This document shows, in pieces, positions 1-13,612 of a DNA stretch of 64,000 nt. The stretch spans positions 288,001 to 352,000 of the forward strand of contig OY729428.2 of the NCBI GenBank assembly GCA_963422375.2. Direction: 5' to 3'. A model generated the notes under the pieces. That model had not been told where the DNA came from and did no database searches. It saw only the letters and a list, made by a program, of their open reading frames with translations. The stretch is from Bryobacterales bacterium. Lineage in GTDB: Bacteria; Acidobacteriota; Terriglobia; Bryobacterales; UBA6623. Each line of letters begins with the position of its first letter. Position 1 is the stretch's first letter. The translations under genes were made by a program, and so were the position numbers.

Positions 1-261
1 GGCGTATCTATATATCCATATACATGAAATTGGACTGGGTGCCCAAGCTTAGATTTTTCAAGATGGACAAATGAGAATTCACGTCGCATGTAGTGCATCA
101 AGTGATCTTGTAAAACTAGCACAAGGTTTTTGTGAACGCCCATGCAACTCCGAAGTGCGACACGCGCCGAGCCACAAGATGGCAGGGAGGGGAGAGGGGG
201 GGCAGCGAGCGGTGGTGTCGCGGCAGTAGGCTGGTAGGTGCTGGAAGGAGCAGGGAGGCGG

Positions 262-1169
262 ATGCGGAAGAGCTACACGCACGTGACGCAGGAGGAGCGC
301 TGCCGGAGCGAGACGCTGCGGGCGGCGGGCTGGGGAGCGCGCAGGAGCGCGCGGAGCGGCGGCGGCGCGCGGCGGCGTGCCGGCCGCGCCAGCTGACGTC
401 GGCGCTGCGGACGCGGAGCGAGGACTGCCTGCGGCAGGACTGGAGCCCGGAGCAGGTCGCGGCGCGGCTGCAGCGGGAAGGGGCGCTGGAGATCAGCCCC
501 GAACGGATCTACCAGCTGGTGCGCGCGGAGCGGCGGCAGGGGGGCCGGCTGTACCGGCACCTGAGGCAGGGCGGCCGCAAGCGCGTCCGGCGGGTCGGCC
601 GGACGGCGGGCCGCGGCCTGATCCCGGGGCGCGCGGACATCGCGGAGCGCCCGGCGGAGGCGCAAGCGCAGGCGCGCGTCGGCGACCGGGAGGCCGACAC
701 CGTGATCGGCGGGCAGCGCCGCGGGGCGCTGGTGACGCTGGTGGACCGGTTCTCTAAGTACCTGCTAGTGCAGCCGGTTAGCCGGCGCACGGCGCAGCTG
801 GTCGGGGCGGCGATGACGGCCATGCTCGCAGGGAGCGGGGCCGTGACGCACACGCTCACGGCCGACAACGGCAAGGAGTTCGCGGCAAGGAGTTCGCGGG
901 GCACCGGGAAGCACCGGGAGGTGGCGCAGCGGCTGGGGGCGGGCTTCTGCTTCGCGCGGCCCTGCCACTCCTGGGAGCGCGGGCTGAACGAGCATGCCAA
1001 CGGGCTGCCGCGGCAGTACTTCCCGCAGGGGACGGACCTGCGGCGGGTGGACCCGGCCCGGGTGCGGGAGGCGCGGGACCGCCTGAACCGGCGTCCGCGG
1101 AAGGTGCCGGGCGGGCGCACGCCGGAGGAAGTCTTCCCGGCGGAGCGGGAGCGGGTGCCGCGGGGCTGA
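262..1169 (+). pseudogene. IS30 transposase, frameshifted/degenerate
   Basis: Likely true start ATG 262 (MRKSYTHVTQEER) is out of frame with the DDE part (WSPEQ, EADT, TADNGKEF, SWERGLNEHANG, LNRRPRK). Conserved W/L/Y residues replaced by R/P/C. Confidence 0.85.
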
Positions 1170-1238
1170 GGCAGGGCTGGCAGCCCGCCGCCCCGGACAG
1201 GGGCGCGGGGGAGCTGCGCCCGGACAGGCGCGGATTCA

Positions 1239-1291
1239 ACCCTCCGGGCCTTGCTGCGGTCGCTCCGCTCCCTGCGCAAGGCCCGGAGGGT
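1239..1291. repeat. Perfect 16-bp inverted repeat (hairpin) in IS30 3' region
   Basis: ACCCTCCGGGCCTTGC (1239-1254) pairs with GCAAGGCCCGGAGGGT (1276-1291), 21-nt loop. Confidence 0.8.
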
Positions 1292-1670
1292 CCCCGTTCC
1301 GGAAACGGGGCACGCATTCCCGCCTGCCCGGGACGCGGCCCACCGCTGCGGCCCGGCAGCGGCTTGTCCGGCGCCGCTGGATCTGCTACTGTGGTCCTAG
1401 TATCCTAGCCCACCGCCCCTTACCCGCGTGTCGCACTTCGGAGTTGAATGGGCGGGGTATGATAAGATACAAGTACGTCTGCTGACATGACGGTAATCGT
1501 TGGAGCCATAGTTTGCGGAAACATCAGAACCAGAGGGCGGGACGCGATGTACGGCGGCGGGACTCACCTGCTCGTGCCGGGCTCAGAGGTCGCTGCTAGG
1601 TGAAACGAGTGGACGACTAGCGAATCTTCGTGGATGGAGCAGACGGTTCGCCGAGTCCGACGAGCACGAT

Positions 1671-4476
1671 ATGCCAACGAAGGAAGATTGGAGCAGGGAG
1701 TTCTCGAGGCTAACCGCTGAAGACGGCAAGCAACATCCGCCATTTCGATGGCAGATGCGACTCCTTGGCCATCTAGTCGACGGCGACCTGCCCGAAGCTG
1801 TCGATGTTCCCACGGGGCTCGGCAAGACTGCGGTGATGGCATTGTGGCTGATCGCCCGAGCGGCACGGGCGGATCTCCCGAGAAGGCTGGTCTACGTAGT
1901 TGACCGGCGCGCCGTGGTGGATCAGGCGACGCGGTTCGCCGAACGGCTGCGCAGAAACCTACTCGCAATGCCAGTTGCGTTCGCGAAGGAACTCGGCTTG
2001 GACGCGACCGCCAAACTGCCGATTTCCACTTTGCGTGGCGGATTCGTCGACACCCGCGCTTGGCTGGAAGACCCCTCGCGTCCCGCCATTGTAGTCGGCA
2101 CGGTCGACATGGTCGGCTCGCGGCTCCTGTTTGAAGGGTACGGCGTGTCGCGCAGAATGAGGCCCTATCACGCCGGATTCCTTGGCACCGATACCCTTGC
2201 CGTCTTGGATGAAGCACATCTGTGTCCGCCGTTCGAAGCGCTGCTGCGCGGGATTGCCGTGGAGCGCGACAGCAGATTTGGCCCTAGCGGAGCCGTTGCG
2301 TCTGACATCGTTCCGCCATTTCGCCTGATGTCGCTTTCCGCCACTGGACGGGAGACGGGGTGCCTCAACAACGTATTCAAGCTGGAAGCTGAAGACCGAC
2401 GGGAACCCGTCGTGCATGACCGGCTTACAGCGCAGAAGCGGTTGCGTGTGACTACGCTGAACAACCCAAAGACATTGACCGCCGAAATCGCGAGGCGTGC
2501 GCTCGAACTCGGCGCGGGAGATCAGCCCGCCCGAGTGCTCGTCTACTGTCACAGCCGCAAGGATGCCATCGACGTTAAGGCCCTGATCGATAAAAAGATC
2601 AAGCCGAAGGGCAGAGCCAAAGTGAGCGACACAGCGAACTCCGGCGTCTCTGAGTTGCTTGTGGGTGAACGCCGGGTCTGCGAACGCTTAGATCTGGAAC
2701 ACTGGCTGGAACGATTCGGATTCCTCAGCGGATCCAAAACTGCACTGGAACACCCGGCTTTCTTGGTTGCAACGTCGGCTGGGGAGGTTGGTGTCGATTT
2801 GGATGCCGATCATATGGTGTGCGACTTAGTCGCTCACGAACGGATGGTACAACGGCTTGGCCGCGTAAATCGCCGGGGAGGCGAGGGGCGCCGCTCGATG
2901 ATCGACATACTTGTGGCGAAACCAACGTTGAAGTCCAACGCCTCGGATTCCGCAAAGAAACGCCACACACGAGATTCCGATCAATTCAATGCAAACTTGG
3001 CCGCGTTGCGCGGACTTCCACTTGGTTCGGACGGCCGACTGGACGGAAGCCCGGCTGCGACAACGGCGCTGAGATCAAACTGTCCCGACCTCGTGCAAGC
3101 CGCCACAACACCAGCGCCATTACATCCGGAACTAACCCGGCCACTGCTAGATGCGTGGTGCATGACTTCACTAAGGAAGCATGCAGGTCGTCCAGAAGTG
3201 GCACCGTGGCTGCGCGGATGGGAGCAGGACGAAGAGCCGCAAACTACTGTCGTGTGGCGCAGACACCTGCCGCACCGTCGTGACGGGGAGAAAACGACCG
3301 CTCCCGCATCGATGATTGACAAGTTCTTCCGATGTGCGCCGGTACATCCCAGCGAAAGACTGGACGCATTGCGCAGTCACGTGCTTGGTTGGCTGCTCAA
3401 GCGGATTGAGCGCTTCAGCAAGCGGCCCGAGACGCACGCATCCCCGATGACCCGAAGCGGGATCGCCGCATTGGTCATCGACGGATCGGGCGATTTCGCT
3501 ACTGGGATGACCGTGGAGGATTTGCACTTTCTGGGACAGCCTGCAAGGGCGTTGAGCCCTATGCAGCTACGGGATCAGAAGAAGAGCCGGACAGAACTTG
3601 AGCGGGCGCTAGCTGGTGCGACGCTAGTTGTCGACTCAAGGATCGGTGGCTTGACCAACGGAATGCTTGACGAGAAATCCGAGGCCAACGCGATCGCCGC
3701 CGACGACGACGATCGCTGGAGAAGCATCCGGGAAGAACCAAGCGCTGATGTGGATCGACCTGTAATCTCATTTCGCGTGCAGCCGCTGGTCGCTGCGGAT
3801 GGCGATGAGGGACTGAAGGCCCCTGAATACGAGGATTGGCTCCAAGTTCATACGTTCGAAACCGAATTGGACGAGAGCGGTTCCGTGCGACGAGGATTGG
3901 CGGTATACAAGTGGCGCGAGAGCGCTGCGGACGAGGATTCCCGGTCGATCCAATCGGTGCCACAGTCCGTAGATGAGCACACTGCCGCAGTAATCGTGCG
4001 AGTGCAAGAAATCGCGGAACGGCTACACTTGCCAAAGGAAGAGGCTGAAGCATTGACGATAGCCGCGCAGTTCCACGACAGAGGTAAAGCCGCCGAGCGA
4101 TGGCAAGACGCCATGAACGCGCCAGAGGAGGGCCGCCCCTACGCGAAGACGCGAGGCGGTGGGAACCCGCACCTTCTGGAAGGGTATCGGCACGAGTTTG
4201 GATCACTGCTCACGGCGGAGCGGACCGAACTGCCACAGGGCATTCGCGATCTGATCCTGCACTTGATCGCCGCCCACCACGGCCATGCTCGTCCGCTCAT
4301 CACAACCGCCGGCTGCAAGGACGGGCCACCGTCGCTACTTGATGCGAAAGCGGGTAATGCAGCATTGCGGTTTGCACGGCTGCAGAAACGATACGGCCCT
4401 TGGGGCCTCGCTTGGCTGGAGGCCATCCTACGTGCGGCTGATCAGAGCGCTTCGAAAGCGACAGGGAAGCAGACCG

Positions 4477-4484
<8 letters not shown>
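1671..4484 (+). CDS. cas3: Type I-G (I-U) Cas3: SF2 helicase with C-terminal HD nuclease
   Basis: PTGLGKT, YVVDRRAVVDQ, DEAH, SAT, QRLGRVNRRG; C-terminal HD motifs HDRGK, RHE, HHG, RAAD. C-terminal HD position is characteristic of I-G Cas3. Confidence 0.93.
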
Positions 4485-6440
<1,956 letters not shown>

Positions 6441-6449
6441 CCGTAGTCC

Positions 6450-7940
6450 ATGGCGAAATCGCTGCTGATCTCGGTGCGGTTCCACGACGACCGCTATCAC
6501 GGCCAAGCGGACCGGTTTGACGGCGCGGACGGGTGGCCGCCTTCGCCGGCCCGCCTGTTCCAAGCGTTGGTCGCCGGCGCGGCACGTGGAGCGAGCCTGT
6601 CGCGAGAGGACAAATGCGCGTTGAAGTGGCTGGAACGCCTCGATCCGCCGCGGATCGCTGCGCCGCCAGCACGGCGCGGACGTTCCGTCAAGCTGTTCGT
6701 CCCTAACAACGATCTGGACGCAAAGGGCGGGGATCCTGCGCGGGTCTCCGAGATCCGGGATGGGAAACACTGGCGGGCGTGCTTCTTCAAATCCAACGAA
6801 CCGGTCGTCTATGCTTGGGATTTCGATGACAACATATCTCAAGCGGAGCATGTTTGCGGCATCGCACAAGGGCTTTACCAGCTCGGTCGCGGCATCGACA
6901 TGGCTTGGGCATTGGCGCGAGTCCTAGATCAAGGCGAAGCTCAGGCAGCGCTAGCCGCTCATTCAGGCGTTCTGCGGAAGCCAGGAGGCGCGGGAGAGAT
7001 ATCCGTGCCGAAGCGCGGTACACTTGCGAGCTTGGTTGACCGATACAATCACAATCGTGCGCGATTTCGTTGCAGCACAGTAGGCATTGCCCAAGCACGG
7101 AAGCAGCTATTTAGGCAGCCGCCCAGACCGTCGTTCCGACATGTCGGCTACGATGCGCCGCCGCGCCGCCTTTACTTCGAATTGCGCGGTGAGAGAGGCT
7201 TCTCGCCACTCCCGCTGGCGGCGGCCTTCGCCGTGATGACCGGCTTGCGCGAAGCGGCCGTGCAAAGGCTGCAAGCGGCTCTACCGGAACAAGCGGAACT
7301 CTTCGAGAGGCTAATTGTCGGACGTGGTGCCGGATCGATGGACCTTGCCCAGCGCGTCAGACTAATGCCGATCCCATCCATCGGGCATTTGCATACGGAC
7401 CCGTCGATCCGCCGGATCATGGTCGAAATTCCGACAGAATGTCCGATCCGCCGTGACGATCTCAAATGGGCGCTCGCCGGGCTAGAACCCTGCAATCCAA
7501 AGACTGGCACAGCATGGCCAGGTCGGATGACTTCGACGGACGATTCCCGAATGGCAAGTCGTTTCATGCGGTCGGCTCACGTATTCCGAAGCATGACTCC
7601 CGTAGCACTGCCGAGCGCTAGGCGCCGCCGCATCGGAAGCGAACCGACCGGCAACAAAGTAGGCAGCGAACGGCTCCGGGAAGAAACGCGAGCGGCGGGT
7701 GCCGTGGTTAATGCGTTGCGTCACGCAGGGATGTCAATCCGACCAAGCGCCATTCGCGTGCAACGAGAGCCATTCCAGCGCCGCGGCGTACGGGCGGAGC
7801 ACTTCGCGGCCGGTTCCCGGTTCTCCCAACACGAGCTGTGGCATGTCGAGCTTCGATTTCCCGAGACGCTTGCCGGACCTCTAGTGATCGGGAACGGTCG
7901 GTTTTGCGGCCTCGGCCTGATGGTCCCCGTGACGGATTAG
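6450..7940 (+). CDS. csb2: Type I-G Cas5/Cas6 fusion (Csb2)
   Basis: N-terminal YHG...WPPSPARLFQALVAG (Cas5-like), LGRGID, C-terminal Gly-rich loop GPLVIGNGRFCGLGLM (Cas6-like). Confidence 0.92.
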   Translation: MAKSLLISVRFHDDRYHGQADRFDGADGWPPSPARLFQALVAGAARGASLSREDKCALKWLERLDPPRIAAPPARRGRSVKLFVPNNDLDAKGGDPARVSEIRDGKHWRACFFKSNEPVVYAWDFDDNISQAEHVCGIAQGLYQLGRGIDMAWALARVLDQGEAQAALAAHSGVLRKPGGAGEISVPKRGTLASLVDRYNHNRARFRCSTVGIAQARKQLFRQPPRPSFRHVGYDAPPRRLYFELRGERGFSPLPLAAAFAVMTGLREAAVQRLQAALPEQAELFERLIVGRGAGSMDLAQRVRLMPIPSIGHLHTDPSIRRIMVEIPTECPIRRDDLKWALAGLEPCNPKTGTAWPGRMTSTDDSRMASRFMRSAHVFRSMTPVALPSARRRRIGSEPTGNKVGSERLREETRAAGAVVNALRHAGMSIRPSAIRVQREPFQRRGVRAEHFAAGSRFSQHELWHVELRFPETLAGPLVIGNGRFCGLGLMVPVTD

Positions 7941-8454
7941 ACCGAAGTCGCTGTTCCAACTTCAAGACGGGACGCCGACACCAAGAGGACGAGCGCATCA
8001 CGACGCTCGCCATCAGCTCACCCGTGGCGATTGGCCGACCGGTGAAACCGACGTAGACCGGCTGCGGCAAATCTGGCGTGATCGTCCACGATCTCAGGAA
8101 AATGCACTGCAGGCGCTCGGATCGAATCCTCGATCTCATCCGAGACACGACCCGGCGAGCCACTGCGCGATCTGACGCCACCATGGATCAGAGCAATACC
8201 GAGTCTGGTGACGCACAGCCAGAAGAAGAGAGACGACCTCGCAGCGATGATCGAGTCGAGCATGGGAGAGGAGTGCCACACCGCGGCTTGTCCGGATCCC
8301 AACTGTCGCGACCCTCGATGTCGCCACCGGGCTGGGCTACAGCTATACAAGAGCTATCCCAGTGCCGAGTTAGCGATGGCCATTCGAGATCCAATTCTGT
8401 CGACGTTGAGACCACCACGCCGATGTACCCGCTCACCTCGCAGGATGAACCCGG

Positions 8455-8784
8455 CTACTGGTGTCGCACCATCCGCGACTTGACGCGCCTCACCAGCTTG
8501 ATGATCTCATCGGCCTTGCGAACACTGCGCAAGTCCACCGTGTGGAACTTGTTTTTCTCGACGTCTGTCAGCAGCTCTTGGGCCAATTCGACGACCTTGG
8601 CCATGTCCTCGGTCGATTTCTCGACATCCTGCTTCAAGATGACCAAAGTGCGGTCGCGACCGTCCGGCATGCGGTTCGGCCGGTCTCGCCCGAACCCGCC
8701 CGGCGAACTGATCGGATCGCTGACTTGGGCAGCCGGCGGCGTGAGGGAACCGGCCAGCGCGACCATGACAATCCAGTATTTCAT
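8455..8784 (-). CDS. Small exported hypothetical protein
   Basis: Signal-peptide-like N-terminus (MKYWIVMVALAGSLTPPAA) and a helical C-terminal part; 109 aa. Confidence 0.7.
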   Translation of the reverse strand: MKYWIVMVALAGSLTPPAAQVSDPISSPGGFGRDRPNRMPDGRDRTLVILKQDVEKSTEDMAKVVELAQELLTDVEKNKFHTVDLRSVRKADEIIKLVRRVKSRMVRHQ

Positions 8785-8960
8785 CTAGCCTGATGATACG
8801 GTAAAACCAGCATCGGTTGCGACATTCGCCGCACCTTGCAAGGAGTGGTAGGATTGTGGTTTGAACCGTCGCGGGCGGTCCTGTCTTGCAGGGATCCAAG
8901 CGGCGGCACGAGCAGCGAAACCAGTAGTTCGAGTCAAATCGAGGAGAGGTTCGACCAACC

Positions 8961-9218
8961 ATGGCCTACATCATCGCGGAACCGTGCATCGGCACCAAGG
9001 ACACTGCCTGCGTGGACGCCTGCCCGGTGGACTGCATCCATCCGAAGGCCGATGAAGACGACTTCGAGACCGAGGAGATGCTTTACATCGACCCTGAAGA
9101 GTGCATCGACTGTGGTGCGTGCGTTCCAGTGTGCCCCGTTTCGGCGATTTTCGCGGAAGAGGACCTTCCGGAAGAGTGGGGCGACTTCATCGATCGCAAC
9201 GCAGCTTACTACGAGTAG
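8961..9218 (+). CDS. Dicluster ferredoxin (FdxA-like)
   Basis: CIGTKDTACVDACPVDCI and CIDCGACVPVCP cluster motifs; GAGGAG RBS upstream. Confidence 0.95.
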   Translation: MAYIIAEPCIGTKDTACVDACPVDCIHPKADEDDFETEEMLYIDPEECIDCGACVPVCPVSAIFAEEDLPEEWGDFIDRNAAYYE

Positions 9219-9396
9219 CTCCCAACAACCTAGGTAACGTCAACAACCCACGGCTGCTTTCCCCGCAGCCACTGGTCCTTGGTACGGAGCCGCGTACTGC
9301 AGCTGTTACTAGACAGCGACTACAACTACGCGATCATTGTGCGTTAAGTTACGCTCCGGACGGACCTGCAATACGACTGCGAGGACCTATGCGGAC

Positions 9397-9816
9397 TTAT
9401 TCTTTGTCTTTTTTGTGGACATCGTGGCAAGTCTTGCAGCCGCCAGACATTGTCTTAACGCCTTTGCTGTACCCGTCGCCGTCCATCCGGTATGCACCCA
9501 TCATCGCGTCACGTGCCGCAGCGATGACTTGCTCCGCACCGTCCTTCCATGCGTCGTCCTTGACGCGCCCGTCCATCAGGATCAGCTGCGACGCCTCGGT
9601 AACCATGGAGACCGCGCCGAACGCCTTCTGCCACTCCTCCTTGCTGGCGGGGCCACCCGCCTCGCGATAGCCCTTGATCTTGGCCATCGCTGGCTTGACC
9701 ATGTACTCCATGATGTCGTGAACCGAGGCGGCCTTCTCGTACTCGAAGCCGTCGGCCGCCAAGGGCACTCCGCCAAGGCCACAAGCCAAGCAGCAAGCAA
9801 GCAAAATCTTTCGCAT
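9397..9816 (-). CDS. Exported class II (c'-like) cytochrome c
   Basis: Signal peptide MRKILLACCLACGL, C-terminal CKTCH heme motif, GGGAGG RBS. Confidence 0.85.
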   Translation of the reverse strand: MRKILLACCLACGLGGVPLAADGFEYEKAASVHDIMEYMVKPAMAKIKGYREAGGPASKEEWQKAFGAVSMVTEASQLILMDGRVKDDAWKDGAEQVIAAARDAMMGAYRMDGDGYSKGVKTMSGGCKTCHDVHKKDKE

Positions 9817-10163
9817 CGTCCCCCTCCCAGAGGTGTTGCAGCGTAAACTCGCCAAGGCGCAGAACTCGATGGCGATCCCAGCATTATACTCGAGCCCGCT
9901 GCAGAAACTTCGCGGACCGGTCCTTGATCCCCGCTTAAGCAGCCGGAAATCGCGGGAAAACCTGGTTGCGACAGATTTGCGGGATCAGCCTGACAATTCC
10001 CGCACAATGAGCAAGCTGACGCACCCGGTCCCAGACCGGTTTCCGGGGTGTCGCCGCCCCCCACGCTCGCGGCAAGCCCCGGAGGCCTCCGCACACGCGC
10101 ACCGACCCCCGCAGCGCCCCACCGCCGCTCGCTCCTAGCGCTCTCTGTCCGTGCGGCCTGCCC

Positions 10164-11444
10164 TCAGGCCGGTTCCAGCCGGCCCGCCGCGTGCAGCAGC
10201 CAGTCCGGGCGCCGGTTCCCGCGCCCCAGCAGCAGCCTCTGCCGCCGCCCGCTCCGCACCACCCGCCCCACCGTGCGCACGAAGTGCCGGATCAGCGGCC
10301 GCAGGCCGTGCCGCCGCGCCTCCCCCGGCAGCAGCTGGTACGGCAGCAGCCACAGTAGCCACGGCGCGATCTGCCCGCACAAGTAGAACGCCTGGTTCGC
10401 CGCGTACGACTTGCAGGGCGGATGGTGCAGCCCCAAGTCCGTCAACGGCCCCTTCTGCGCGTGCTCCTGCCCCTGCTTGCTGCGATGCCCCCGCACCAGC
10501 TCCGCCAGCGGCAGATCATCGCGGCTGACCAGCAGCACCGTGTACCGCGGCTCCAGCAGCCCCTGCTCCCCTGCGTGCAACTGCCGCACCACCACGTACG
10601 CTTCCTCCGCCGCCCAGCGGCTCGGCCGGTAGTACACCAGTACCGCTTGCTCGCGCCCCTCCGCGTCCAGCGCTGTCCACTCCCTCTCCGCCAGTGCCAT
10701 CCTCGCCACGATCCGCAGCACGGGCGCCTTCTGGCGCGGGTCCGTCACGCTGAGCGAATACTCCCAGCCGCGCTCCCGGCACCGGTCCGCCAAGGCCCGG
10801 CAGTAGTACGCGCTGTCGGCGCGCAGCCAGACCCGCCGGGCCGCCGCCAGCAGCGGCGCCACGTCCGTCTCCAACTGCTCGCGCCAGGCCCCCTTGACAT
10901 CCGTGCCGCCCCGGTTCAGCCGCGCGCTGACCCAGGCCGCGCCCACGAACACCGAGTGCAGCCAGTACCGCCGCTCCCCGTTGTAGCCTCTAGCCGTGCC
11001 GTCGCAGTGCCGGCCGGAGACCTCGATGCCGCTGCCGTCGACGAACACCGGCACGTAGCCCGGCGTCTCCAGGCTGTGTCGCGCCACTTGCGGCACCAGC
11101 CGCCGGCTGACCAGCCGTGCGCATTCCCGCAGGCCCGCCAGGCGGCAGGCCACGCTGTCGGCGCCGAGGTCGTCCACGTCGCTGAGATGGCCGCCGCCGC
11201 AGAAGGACAGGATCAGCGCCAGCAGGTTTTGCTCGTCGCTGCAGCCGCGGCGGCGGCGCTTGACGCGCACCTTGCGTCGCAGCACGTCGCCGAGATCGAG
11301 GAATCGGATCAGGCGCGCCACGAAGACCAGCCCGGCCCGGCCCGGCCGGTCAGCTCCTCCTGGGCCACAGCGAAAGACACTAGGGGGCCGTGTCGCGGGG
11401 CATCGGGCAGCAGTTCTCCTCGGGCCGTTTTCTTTGGGAATTAG
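10164..11444 (-). pseudogene. IS1380-family transposase, degenerate; element abuts IS66
   Basis: FVDGSGIEV, LRADSAYY, GQEHAQK, HHPPCKSYAANQA motifs; no clean start codon. Element probably extends to about 9922 (end tentative). Confidence 0.8.
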
Positions 11445-13176
11445 GTAACTACCCAGGTACACGAGTCGGGTTTCATTGCAGCGCAGAGTGGACCGGTAGC
11501 GGAAGGGAGCCAGCGGAGGCGGGGCTGGGTCGTAGGGTGCTGGTGGAGTGCCGCCAGCACTGCACGGGGCGCGGGGGCAGCGCCAGGTGCTGGCGCGGCA
11601 GCAGTTGACGCCGACCGTCGAATACATGTATAGATGGGAATGTTCCTAGCCTACAGGTGCTGGGGAAAGCATGGCGGAAGCATGGCCAGCGGCGGAGCGA
11701 GCGGCGGTCGGCGAGATCGCCGGGCTGCGGGCGGAGAACGCACGGTTGCGGGCCGAGCTGGCCGCTTGGCAGCAGCGCGCCGAGGGGCAGCGCGCGGAGA
11801 TCGGCGGATTGCAGCAGCGCTGGGAGGAGTTGGAGCGCCAGGCGGGCCTGCACAGCGCTAACAGCGGCAAGCCGCCGTCGAGCGACGGGCCGCGCAAGCC
11901 GCCTGCGGAGCCGCGCACGCGCAGCCAGCGCGGCCGCTCCGGCAAGCGCTCGGGCGGGCAGCCCGGGCACCGGGGTGCCACCCTGCAGCAGACCACCCGC
12001 CCGGATCACATCGAGAGCCACCTGCCGCCGCCGCGCTGGGAAGTGACCGAGCACCGCGCGCAGGCCTGCCGCTGCGGGTCTTGCGGCCAGCTGACACGGG
12101 CCGCGTTCCCGGCCGGGGTGAACGCGCCGGTGCAGTACGGCCCGCGCCTCGCCGCCACGGCGGTGTACTTGCAGAATGCGCATTTCCTGCCCGAGGAGCG
12201 TTTGGCCGAGATCTTGCGGGACCTGCACGGAGTGCGCGTGTGCGCGGCGACGCTGGCCGGCATGACGCGTCAGGCGGCGGAGCGCTGGCGGGAGTGCAGC
12301 GAGCGCGTGCGGGATCCGATCGCGGGCGCGGACAGCGTGAAGCACTTGGACGAGACGGGGTTCCGGATCGCCGGGCGGACGCAGTGGCTGCACGTGACCG
12401 GCACGCCGCGGCTGACGTTCTACCGGCCGAGCGCCCGGTGGGGCAGCCTGCTGGAAGGCCTGCGAGGCTGCTTGGTGCACGATCACTGGAAGCCGTATTT
12501 CACGATCGCGGGCGTGCGGCACGCGCTCTGCAACGCGCATCATCTGCGCGAGTTGCCAGCGCTGGCGGACATGGACGGGGAAGCCTGGGCGGGCCGCATG
12601 CAGCGGTTGCTGCGGCGGGCGGGGCAGGCGGCGCGGATCGCGCGCGAGCGGGGCATTCCGCTGCCGCCGTCGCTGGTGCAGCGCATCGAGCGGCACTACG
12701 ACAGCTTGGTCGCGCGGGCGCTGGCCGAGCACGCGGCGCGGGCGCCGCTGCGGCCGCCGTGCCCGGGACGGCGCGGGCGCAAGAAGCGGCGCCCGGGCCA
12801 CAATCCGGCGTTGCGGCTGCGCGACCGCAAGGAGGCGGTGCTGCGCTTCGTCCACGATCCGTGCGTGCCGTTCACGAACAACCTGGCGGAGCGGGACCTG
12901 CGGATGATGAAGCTACGCATGAAGATCTCGGGCGGGTTCCGGTCCCGGCAGGGGGCGCAGGACTGCGCCACGCTGCGCAGCGTGCTGTCCACCGCGCGGA
13001 AGCAAGGCCGCAACCGCATCGAGACCCTGCGGCAAGGGCCGGCCGCCCCGCTGGCCGGACTGCAATCCTAGCCGGCACCCGCATCGTCCGCCCGCGTCGG
13101 ATCGCAGCTGATCGCAGCCCACACGTGCTCCCCCATACGCGCTCGTGCAGCTCGTCAGGTGTACCTAGGCAGTTAC
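11445..13176 (+). mobile_element. IS66-family element (single-ORF, ISBst12-like)
   Basis: 18-bp terminal IRs GTAACTACCCAGGTACAC / GTAACTGCCTAGGTACAC (16/18); flanks lack the expected 8-bp duplication. Confidence 0.85.
11671..13071 (+). CDS. IS66 TnpC transposase, probably defective
   Basis: NSGKPPSSD, GGQPGH, LDETG, VHDHW, CNAHHLREL, FTNNLAERDLR, KISGGFRS. First CxxC zinc-finger segment appears deleted (HLP|PPRWEVTEH). Confidence 0.85.
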   Translation: MAEAWPAAERAAVGEIAGLRAENARLRAELAAWQQRAEGQRAEIGGLQQRWEELERQAGLHSANSGKPPSSDGPRKPPAEPRTRSQRGRSGKRSGGQPGHRGATLQQTTRPDHIESHLPPPRWEVTEHRAQACRCGSCGQLTRAAFPAGVNAPVQYGPRLAATAVYLQNAHFLPEERLAEILRDLHGVRVCAATLAGMTRQAAERWRECSERVRDPIAGADSVKHLDETGFRIAGRTQWLHVTGTPRLTFYRPSARWGSLLEGLRGCLVHDHWKPYFTIAGVRHALCNAHHLRELPALADMDGEAWAGRMQRLLRRAGQAARIARERGIPLPPSLVQRIERHYDSLVARALAEHAARAPLRPPCPGRRGRKKRRPGHNPALRLRDRKEAVLRFVHDPCVPFTNNLAERDLRMMKLRMKISGGFRSRQGAQDCATLRSVLSTARKQGRNRIETLRQGPAAPLAGLQS

Positions 13177-13612
13177 TATCCTTCGACCTAAGAATACGCT
13201 GCCTCTCCGGCCAAATGCTTCCAATTGTATCCAAGGTTTGAAGTTCAATGCCAACAAAGTCTTTTACCTGTCGCTCAGCGATGGAAGCCAGTATATAGTC
13301 GAGACTTCCTCCGGGGACTGGGACTTCAGACACCAAATGAAGTTCATTTCCAGGCTCGTGGAGTCTAAGAAGATGGAGACAATCCATGAATATTTGATTT
13401 CCCTTTGTCAGTCGGTATGGACAAATCACAATTGGAGTGTTCTTGACATCGTGTCGGACAGTACAAGTCCCAATTGAGACCTCAGGCATGCTCTTTCGTA
13501 CCTTGATGCATTTCTTCTTGAGAAACGGACATTCTTCGGTCGCAATGGCGATCCGCCACGAGGTTTCACTGTCGGATGTCGTTCTAAGGCCGAATAGTTC
13601 CACTATTTTATT

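Larger units (their letters stand above)
137..1454 (+). mobile_element. IS30-family insertion sequence
   Basis: 30-bp terminal inverted repeats, 29/30 identical (137-166 CGCCCATGCAACTCCGAAGTGCGACACGCG; 1425-1454 reverse complement), enclosing an IS30-type transposase. No target duplication seen. Confidence 0.9.

Noticed and set aside
1..136. AT-rich segment as a CRISPR leader
   Set aside because: No repeat is adjacent within the window; it could equally be the tail of an AT-rich gene. Cannot be decided at the window edge.
7941..8454. CRISPR array downstream of csb2
   Set aside because: No regularly spaced direct repeats found by eye.
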